Assembly: GCA_963796285.1 (NCBI GenBank)
Contig: CAWCKW010000002.1
Span: forward strand, 1 to 10,693
Source: Nitrospirota bacterium
Lineage (GTDB): Bacteria > Nitrospirota > UBA9217
Direction: 5' to 3'
DNA: 10,693 nt
The notes below the pieces were generated by a model. It saw only the letters and a program-made list of their open reading frames with translations, was not told the DNA's origin and did not search any database. The translations under genes were made by a program, and so were the position numbers. Each line of letters begins with the position of its first letter. Positions within the stretch are counted from its first letter, which is position 1. Positions 1-6,071 of the stretch are shown here, in pieces.

Positions 1-460
1 AAACGGGCTGTTATACCCGTGCGGGAAGAACATTTCTCTCTTGCTAGAAAATTCTCATTCCTGCGGGACGGAATTGTATGGGTGAGGCTCTTAATCATCG
101 TTGCGAACGTTCCATCGATCTACAGCCGCATTCTTCGTCAGTATGTCCTATACGACCACTTTCACCGGCACTTTAACTTCTTCAGTTTTGTTCGATCGAT
201 TTATCTCGTTTCAATATTGCGGGGGGAGGGAAATGCGGGGAAATTATTAAGTATAAAGCCGCTTCTCTATCTCGGTTCCATCAGCTTCAGTATCGTGGCA
301 TCAGCCGGCAAAACAGGTTGTCGAGGCCCATTCCCTCTTATCGCCAGGCATGTATGCGTGGATCGCCCTTACCTCCACCCTCCTGGCCGCAAGTCTCACC
401 TGTTTCACCATCAAGAGACCTCGCATGAATATTCTCGTCGGCAAGCATCACATTCCCTGA
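1..460 (+). pseudogene. 3' part of an acyltransferase-3 (OafA/YrhL-like) membrane O-acyltransferase gene, frameshifted at ~295; 5' end lies outside the window
   Basis: Frame 1 is open from base 1 and reads ...KLLSIKPLLYLGSISFSI to 294. The frame starting at 296 continues WHQPAKQVV...LLAASLTCFTIKRP...HHIP-TGA(458-460). Joined, this matches the family C-terminal pattern LSxxPLxYLGxISYSxYLWHxP...AxLSYxxIExP, with YL missing (consistent with a ~5-bp deletion) and several degenerate residues. Confidence 0.7.
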
Positions 461-1656
461 TGAATTGCGTCATAGGGCTCCTTCATGCACGTTCTGATCG
501 CCGGATACAAAGCAGACAGGGCGCCGGAGACGACGATGAATGAGACACAGATGAGCCCCAGTAAAAACATGACAGAGGGCGACATCCACATGAAGTCGAT
601 GTTGCCGAGGTACCTGATGATTAGCAGCCTGAAATTCCTGATAATGCCCGTGCAGAGCCCCACACCCACCACAGCGCCTATGCCCGATAACATGATTGCC
701 TCAGTCAGAAGCAGAGAGAACACATGGAATTTGCTCGCCCCCATGGCGCGCAGGATACCGAGCTCGCGCGCCCGTTCGTTCACGGTCATGGCGAACACCA
801 GGCCCATGAGCGCGAGCATCATGACCCAGCACAATACTCCGAGCGCCATTGTCCCCCAGATCGCAACCTCAACCTCCCTGCGCACCTGCTGCAGCAGGTC
901 TCGCATGACAATGGCCTTTGTGGCGGGCAGGGTCGTTTCAATATCCTTGGCGACCTTGTGAGAGTCGGCATCCTTCCTGACCTTGACAAGGACTGCTGAT
1001 ATCTCTCCGGGAGCGATCTTCAGAGGTTGCTGCGACTTCTCCTGGGATACGCGGACCATGTCACGGATCGCCTCAATGGGCATGAAGATGGAGTTATCTA
1101 GCAATACCGAACCGGTACCAGCGAGCAGATAGCCGAGCCTGAACTGTTTTCCGTAGAACTTGAGATCTTTGTTCGGCGTAAGTGCCAGCCGCATTCCCAC
1201 GGTGACCGGGTCGAGATTTTCATGGCCCGTCCAGGGAGGATATTGCGCGATCACCCACGGACCGAGGGTGAAGTCGGTTTTCATGTCAAAACCTACAAGA
1301 AGGGCTACAGGCATGCCGCAGCATTGAAATTTCGTCGAGTTCACGAATATTTGCGGCGAGGCGATCTCCACACCCGGCACCGTCCTGACCGAGTCGAGAT
1401 TCCTGCCGTCCATGTAAAAAGCAGTCGGTATAGCTGACAGCAGGATACTCCGTCCCGCTTCCTCATGCTCAGCCGGAACAACCATAATGTCGGCTCCTAG
1501 TTTCTTCATGCCGTTCTCAACGCTTCTTGTCATGGAATAAAAAACCGCTGTACCGCCGAAGATAAGGGCGCTTGCCAGAAATGCCGCAAGCATGATCGCG
1601 ATGCTTCTGACCCGTTTTCTCGTTAAATTCTTGAGTGCGACTAAGGCCAAATTCAT
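448..1656 (-). CDS. ABC transporter permease, MacB/FtsX family (type VII), with periplasmic Cys-Cys motif
   Basis: 402 aa. N-terminus ALKNLTRKRVRS followed by a TM helix, a large periplasmic domain (LGADIMVVP; QCCG), the signature TVNERARELGILRAMGAS, three C-terminal TM helices and ALYPA...P.DAI. RBS AGGAG lies ~11 nt upstream of the ATG. Confidence 0.93.
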   Translation of the reverse strand: MNLALVALKNLTRKRVRSIAIMLAAFLASALIFGGTAVFYSMTRSVENGMKKLGADIMVVPAEHEEAGRSILLSAIPTAFYMDGRNLDSVRTVPGVEIASPQIFVNSTKFQCCGMPVALLVGFDMKTDFTLGPWVIAQYPPWTGHENLDPVTVGMRLALTPNKDLKFYGKQFRLGYLLAGTGSVLLDNSIFMPIEAIRDMVRVSQEKSQQPLKIAPGEISAVLVKVRKDADSHKVAKDIETTLPATKAIVMRDLLQQVRREVEVAIWGTMALGVLCWVMMLALMGLVFAMTVNERARELGILRAMGASKFHVFSLLLTEAIMLSGIGAVVGVGLCTGIIRNFRLLIIRYLGNIDFMWMSPSVMFLLGLICVSFIVVSGALSALYPAIRTCMKEPYDAIHQGM

Positions 1657-1730
1657 ATTAAAAAGCGCTCCTGAGATTAAATTGTGACTAAACTATGTCT
1701 GAGATAGACGATCACAGCCTGCCGTAGTTC

Positions 1731-1759
1731 ACAATAAATTATTATCGAGCTGCTGTCAA
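1731..1759 (-). promoter_or_regulatory. Putative sigma70 promoter for the ABC permease
   Basis: Minus strand TTGACA (1759-1754), 17-nt spacer, TATTGT (1736-1731). It lies between the upstream terminator and the permease start. Confidence 0.65.
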
Positions 1760-1824
1760 CACATCAATGTGCGGAACAATGTAGAAATTTTTATCTCCAT
1801 GGCACACGAATAAACCGAAACACG

Positions 1825-1855
1825 AAAAAAGGGGAGCGGAAAATCCGCTCCCCTT
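1825..1855 (-). terminator. Rho-independent terminator after the cytochrome-like lipoprotein gene
   Basis: Minus strand AAGGGGAGCGGA-TTT-TCCGCTCCCC-TTTTTT: a perfect 10-12 bp GC-rich stem plus a U6 tract, 28 nt after the stop at 1883. Confidence 0.9.
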
Positions 1856-1882
1856 GAGTGAACCTGTTCAAACAAATGCTGA

Positions 1883-3579
1883 TTACTGCGCGGTCAGCTT
1901 GCCGTCGATACCGCAGAGGTGATGATCTACTGTAGTCAGAGTGCCGGCTGCGGCATGACAACCGCTGCATGTCGGTGTAATAGGTCCGACCGGCTGCATA
2001 GTGGTCAGATCATAGAGCTGCAGACCGCCTGTCTGGAATCCGCCTGTCGTGGCATCCGCATACCTGATCGTCAGGATCGCATACTTGCTGTCAGGAGTCG
2101 GCATGGCATCGTGGTTCTCGATCGAGCCTGCGGTGCCCGTCGTGCTCTTTTTGCCGATCGACTTGTCGCCCAGGGTCGTGCCCGTGGATGTTGAGATCGG
2201 CGTCAGGTCCGAGGCATTAAGCACAAAGAAACGATCTTTGCCGGACTGGAGGATCTTTGTGCCGTCCGGGGTAAAGGATGAACGGAACCCCACGGTCGGC
2301 GCAGCGTTCGTGAATGCTCCCATGCCGGTGATCGCGTGCGACGCAACAATGCTGGTAGTGGACACTGTTCCCGACACAACATCGGACATCTTCAGCAAAT
2401 AGCCGATGAACGTTCCCACCGGATGGGCCGTAACATTTAAGCCGAAACCAGTCGGACTATCTGTAACGGATGGGTACGTGGATACTGAACCGTTGGTAAC
2501 TACGCCGTCAACCGCGATCCCGTTTACCATTACGTACAGCTCGGTGCCAGAAGGGCTGCTGTTGATGCCGTGCGCAAACAGGGAGACATCAGTAGGAAGT
2601 GCCGAGGGTACCGCCGAGGTCATCGGGCCGGAAGTCAGCAACATAGAATCTCGTTCTCGTCCCAGCGGTGACAAGTGATGCACCATTCACAATATCATAC
2701 TTCTTGAATGTATCGATATACGCAGGCACGGTCATGGAGAGCGTGGTGTAATAGTCCACACCGCCTACGGTTTCCTGAGCGGATGCGCAATACACGAGCG
2801 GCAGACCCACGACCAGATCGGTGCTGGGCAGTTGTGCTGCCATGATCGTAGCGGAAGCGCCGGCATCCACATCAACCTTCGCGTCAACTAAGTTTCCTCC
2901 TGTCACATTATAATACCCGATATGCGCCCTGGTGAGCGTCTGGGACGTGAATGCGTCATCCGGGATGATCGTGGAATAGTAGACCCGATTGGCTGCAGCA
3001 TCATACCGCACATCATGGAAGATATGGGAGGGGGCAGCGCCCGGCGTGCCGGAAAGCTGCTTAATTTGACCATTTCCGCTGCCATTTGTGATCGTGATTG
3101 GAGTAGCGCTCGTGGGATCGATTGTCACATTGAAAATGCCGATATGTCCGCCGATTTCAGACGCCATGTACACAGTGCCGACATAGATCGGGACCACGGT
3201 CAGTGTAGCAGTGCCCGATTTGCCGCCGGACGTGGCCGTGATCGTCACCGTCGCCGGCCGCAACCGAAGTCGCGAGACCGGTGGCCGCACCGATCGTGGC
3301 CGTAGCTGTGTTTGATGACGACCAGGCGGCCGTCGTAGTGAGGTCCTTCGTACTTGCATCACTATACGTGCCTGTTGCGGTGAACTGCTGTGTTTTGCCG
3401 CTGCTGCCGAGCGAGGCAGTGCCAGGCGTCACGGCAATGGAGGTCAGAGTCACGGTCGGGGGCGGGGTTGTAGTGCCGCCGTTGTCGCCGCTGCTGCTGC
3501 TGCAGCCGCCGACCATCATCAAGCCGAACGCCAGTACAAGGGACAGACTAACCAGTAATGCTGCTTTTGCTGTTTTCAT
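1883..3579 (-). pseudogene. Lipoprotein with Big_2 Ig-like domain, beta-propeller-like domain and single C-terminal CxxCH (monoheme c-type cytochrome). One gene with two frameshifts (pseudogene or assembly error), ~564 aa when repaired
   Basis: ORFs 3157-3579, 2589-3362 and 1883-2686 join into one frame if one base is removed at ~3252 (GGC g ACG GTG ACG ATC gives AAGTVTITAT, completing the Big_2 motif) and one at ~2591 (TAC t GAT GTC gives SYDVSLFAHG). The 1697-nt span minus 2 is 565 codons. Strong RBS GGGGAGG, signal peptide with lipobox VGGC, blade-like repeats (FTPDGTKILQS, PTPDSKYAILT, SSPSGTELYVM), CSGCH at 1955-1969, and a terminator downstream. Confidence 0.85.
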
Positions 3580-3754
3580 AAATCAGATTCCTCCCCTTCT
3601 TCAATTAGTTATTTTTTAACACGAGATGGATGTACATGCAATACTTAAACCGGAAAGTCTTTTTATTCGGCAGACACCTCCTTATCGCATGAATTAGTAT
3701 GTTGTAACGAAGCCTGGCTTTTCTGCCGCTCCTGCCATATATCATCATCCAGTT

Positions 3755-3791
3755 TATGCAATAATGCATGTCCACGATAAAATATTGCATA
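3755..3791. repeat. 9-bp perfect inverted repeat overlapping the promoter (candidate operator)
   Basis: TATGCAATA (3755-3763) and TATTGCATA (3783-3791) with a 19-nt spacer. A third ATGCAATA copy is at 3636-3643. Confidence 0.45.
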
Positions 3792-3802
3792 TCGTTTGTC
3801 AA
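3774..3802 (-). promoter_or_regulatory. Putative sigma70 promoter for the cytochrome-like lipoprotein gene
   Basis: Minus strand TTGACA (3802-3797), 17-nt spacer, TATCGT (3779-3774) in an AT-rich intergenic region. Confidence 0.6.
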
Positions 3803-3854
3803 ACCCTAATTGAAATTATCAGGTCTTATAAAATTATAAATCTGTACGCGTTCC

Positions 3855-4547
3855 TCAATGGACGGCTTTTTTCACTACCGTCAACACCGTGGTTCCGGTG
3901 ATCGTTGTCCCCGAACCCGCATCGGTCAACGCGGCGGTGATGGTCGCTGTATCGCCGACCGTCGCGAAGGATGGGACCTGGACAAATCCGGAAGTTGCGT
4001 CAATCACTGCCGCATTCTCGTTTGACGACGTCCAGGTCACCGTTGCGGTCAAGTCCTGCGTTGACCCGTCAGCGTACGTGCCGGTTGCAGTCAACTGCAT
4101 GGTCCCGCCGAGAGGAACTGAGGGGCTCGCAGGTGTAATGGCGATGGATGCCGGCAGTTCGCTCTTCAATACGCCCACTTCAAGGGTAGCACTTCCCCTG
4201 ACCCCGTTCTCGTCAGTGGCAATAATGGTCGTGGTTCCCAAGACGTTCTCCGCTGTTGCCAGGCCGTTAGCATTAACTGTTGCGATCGACGTATCGGATG
4301 ACGTCCAGTTTACGCTGTTAGTGGCCATCGCTGTCTTCGTACCATCGGTCAATCTCGCGCTGACAGTGAATTGCTTCGTTGTATTGGGACCTATTACCGC
4401 AGCCACTGGATCTATGCTGATGCTTGACGCCTTTGCATTGTAATCCTGCACCTTGCACCCGTTAAATGAGCCGATCGCGAATACGGCCGTAATACAAGCA
4501 CAAGCAAGGATGATAATCGAATTTATTTTTTTTAAGTTGTTTTTCAT
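3855..4547 (-). CDS. Lipoprotein with two tandem bacterial Ig-like (Big_2, intimin/Lig-type) domains
   Basis: Start placed at ATG 4547 (GGGGGA RBS 7 nt upstream), giving 230 aa. Basic N-terminus, hydrophobic stretch and FNGC lipobox-like site. Two repeats: SISIDP...QFTVSARLTDG...VNWTSSDTSIATVNANGLATA...GTTTIIAT and SIAITP...QLTATGTYADGSTQDLTATVTWTSSN...ATITA. Confidence 0.88.
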   Translation of the reverse strand: MKNNLKKINSIIILACACITAVFAIGSFNGCKVQDYNAKASSISIDPVAAVIGPNTTKQFTVSARLTDGTKTAMATNSVNWTSSDTSIATVNANGLATAENVLGTTTIIATDENGVRGSATLEVGVLKSELPASIAITPASPSVPLGGTMQLTATGTYADGSTQDLTATVTWTSSNENAAVIDATSGFVQVPSFATVGDTATITAALTDAGSGTTITGTTVLTVVKKAVH

Positions 4548-4575
4548 GGTCAGTTCCCCCGTCATTTAAGAAAAG

Positions 4576-5793
4576 TTAGATTCTCGCCTGTAACTGCACG
4601 ATGATTGTCCTGAAATCCGGGGTGCCGGACTGGATCGAGAAATCGGTTTTCTGCGCTTCGAGCGTGAGCCTCAGGTCCTCCCCCATGATATAGTAGTTGA
4701 TGCCTTCCGCCGACCACGTCACTTTCTGGCCGATGACCCCGTTCAGGCTGGCAAACGACCATTTTTCATACCTGCCGTACACCTGAAACTTACCCAACAT
4801 ATATGCTGCTTTCATATAGTAACCGTTTTTCTCGCCGTCCACGGCCCCGGGCACCGCTCGCTCTCCCGCTTCACCGAAGTCCTGCTTCAGGTAGGCTGCG
4901 GACAAGGTCGGGATCCCAAATTCCGTGGGATACTCGAAAAAGACATCGTACGTGTACGCTTGGTAATTTTGCCACCCGTGGCCGCCAAGCGTCGAATCGT
5001 AGGTTTTAAAAACAGCCTTCGGCTCCATTTCATATCCGGCGCCGAAGGTAAGCACTTTCTTCTTGCCCAGATAAGAGCCTTTGTAACCAAAGTTTGACTC
5101 GGGATCGAGGAGTGAAACATGAACGCGGCCCGTATACCGGTAGCCGATGTCGTCCGGCTTGATCGCATCGGAATAGTTGTTGCCCTGCATGATCCCGAGA
5201 CGATACTGGAACACGTTGTCGAATAAATTGCCCAAAGCCGTGAGACCCACGTCGCGGGTGCTCTTCTCCTCACTCCACGCGTTCTTCCGATCCGTCGGCG
5301 TAAAGGGCCCTGAGACAAAAGTAGATCTGTCCATGGAAAGCGGATCGAAGCAGCCTTCGGACACCTCTCTAGTGAGAAGGTGCTTTGTTCTACCGGCGCG
5401 GAATTTGAAAGCATCGCCATAGTCACCCTGAAGGTAGGCATCGAGCACGGTCAGCCTATAGTCGCCCGCATTCTCTCTCGGACTCACTGATGTTTCGTTG
5501 ATCGTCCGCCCGCCGTTGTATTCCAGCTGCAGCGCGTACTGGTAAGTCTCATTCACCGCACCGAGAAAGCTGAGGCGGTCCCTGCGAATATATAAATTAT
5601 CCATCTTGTTGCTGTTGCCGCTCGCATCGATGCTGCTCTGCGCTGCCCGGGCCTGCACCTGGTAATCGATGTCCAGGAACGAATCTCCGGATTCATACAC
5701 TTGAAAGGCCGCGGCCGTACGGCCCGTGAAACCGAGTGCCGTGAAAACAATAGCGACTAACATCCATTTACCAAGACTGTTCAGATGCTTCAT
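4576..5793 (-). CDS. extI: Outer-membrane porin, phosphate-selective porin O/P superfamily, ExtI-like (selenite/tellurite reduction operon porin family)
   Basis: 405 aa with signal peptide ending AAA-F, amphipathic beta strands and RBS GGGGGAGG. Motifs recognised from memory of Geobacter ExtI: IRRDRL, TRE..EGC..PL.MDRS.F, STRDVG...GNLFD..FQYR, RVHVSLLDPE..FGYKGSYLGKKKVLTFGA, FFEYP, GEKNGYY.K, GRYEKW.FA.LN, G.NYYI.G..L.LT.E. Orthology was not computed. Confidence 0.82.
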   Translation of the reverse strand: MKHLNSLGKWMLVAIVFTALGFTGRTAAAFQVYESGDSFLDIDYQVQARAAQSSIDASGNSNKMDNLYIRRDRLSFLGAVNETYQYALQLEYNGGRTINETSVSPRENAGDYRLTVLDAYLQGDYGDAFKFRAGRTKHLLTREVSEGCFDPLSMDRSTFVSGPFTPTDRKNAWSEEKSTRDVGLTALGNLFDNVFQYRLGIMQGNNYSDAIKPDDIGYRYTGRVHVSLLDPESNFGYKGSYLGKKKVLTFGAGYEMEPKAVFKTYDSTLGGHGWQNYQAYTYDVFFEYPTEFGIPTLSAAYLKQDFGEAGERAVPGAVDGEKNGYYMKAAYMLGKFQVYGRYEKWSFASLNGVIGQKVTWSAEGINYYIMGEDLRLTLEAQKTDFSIQSGTPDFRTIIVQLQARI

Positions 5794-5925
5794 GTAACCT
5801 CCCCCTTTTTTTGCCCCCCATTCGTTGCGAAGAATGGTAGGATAATATACAGGAAATAAACGTCCTTTTGCCGCTATTATTCTCTATTGCCGCACTACGG
5901 TGTCTCATTTATCTGAATATGCGTG

Positions 5926-5934
5926 TGCTATGAT
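5926..5934 (+). promoter_or_regulatory. Possible extended -10 promoter for the glycosyltransferase operon, overlapping the porin -10
   Basis: Plus strand TG-C-TATGAT at 5926-5934 fits TGnTATAAT with one mismatch. No strong -35 element was seen. Confidence 0.35.
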
Positions 5935-5958
5935 ACAAATGATGTTCTTCGATGTCAA
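5930..5958 (-). promoter_or_regulatory. Putative sigma70 promoter for the porin/Ig-lipoprotein unit
   Basis: Minus strand TTGACA (5958-5953), 17-nt spacer, TATCAT (5935-5930), an 11/12 match to consensus. Confidence 0.75.
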
Positions 5959-6071
5959 CCTGAAATTGTATATAGCATAACATCTCAAATCGTACATTTA
6001 CTCTCGGTGAAGGTGACTGCGCATTTTCTTTTTCTTGCATTTTGGGAACAACTGTATTACCGTGCGGGATC

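Noticed and set aside
2589-2591. TGA as selenocysteine, tempting because Ext-type loci include a selenoprotein cytochrome
   Set aside because: In-frame readthrough gives CLPVCARHQQ... and hits another TGA about 27 codons later. The conserved-looking continuation is in a different frame.
2585-3260. Programmed ribosomal frameshifting or phase variation at the two breaks
   Set aside because: No slippery heptamer, homopolymer or short tandem repeat at the best-fit sites. TAC-TGA does not allow prfB-like tRNA re-pairing, and two sequential shifts would be needed.
3489-3505. (GCT)n triplet repeat
   Set aside because: It simply encodes the CSSSS linker after the lipobox and is too short to be a contingency locus.
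3637-3653. Sigma54-like GG-N10-GC (CCGGTTTAAGTATTGCA, minus strand)
   Set aside because: The -24 element deviates from TGGCAC, and a better sigma70 promoter lies upstream. It is not excluded but is unsupported.
3605-3802. 65-aa minus-strand ORF
   Set aside because: Its TTG start coincides with the -35 box, it has no RBS, and the composition is AT-rich intergenic with no recognisable motif.
485-5750. Antisense and alternate-frame ORFs (e.g. 485-961, 2049-2402, 2922-3305, 3281-3619, 3889-4443, 4887-5441)
   Set aside because: They overlap well-supported genes, lack motifs, and are expected shadows of GC-rich codon usage.
5801-5893. Porin leader features: C/T homopolymer runs, CCATTC/GAATGG hairpin (5818-5837), and TTGCCGC direct repeat (5868-5874, 5887-5893)
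   Set aside because: They are short enough to arise by chance, match no riboswitch I recognise, and the hairpin has no U-tract on the coding strand.
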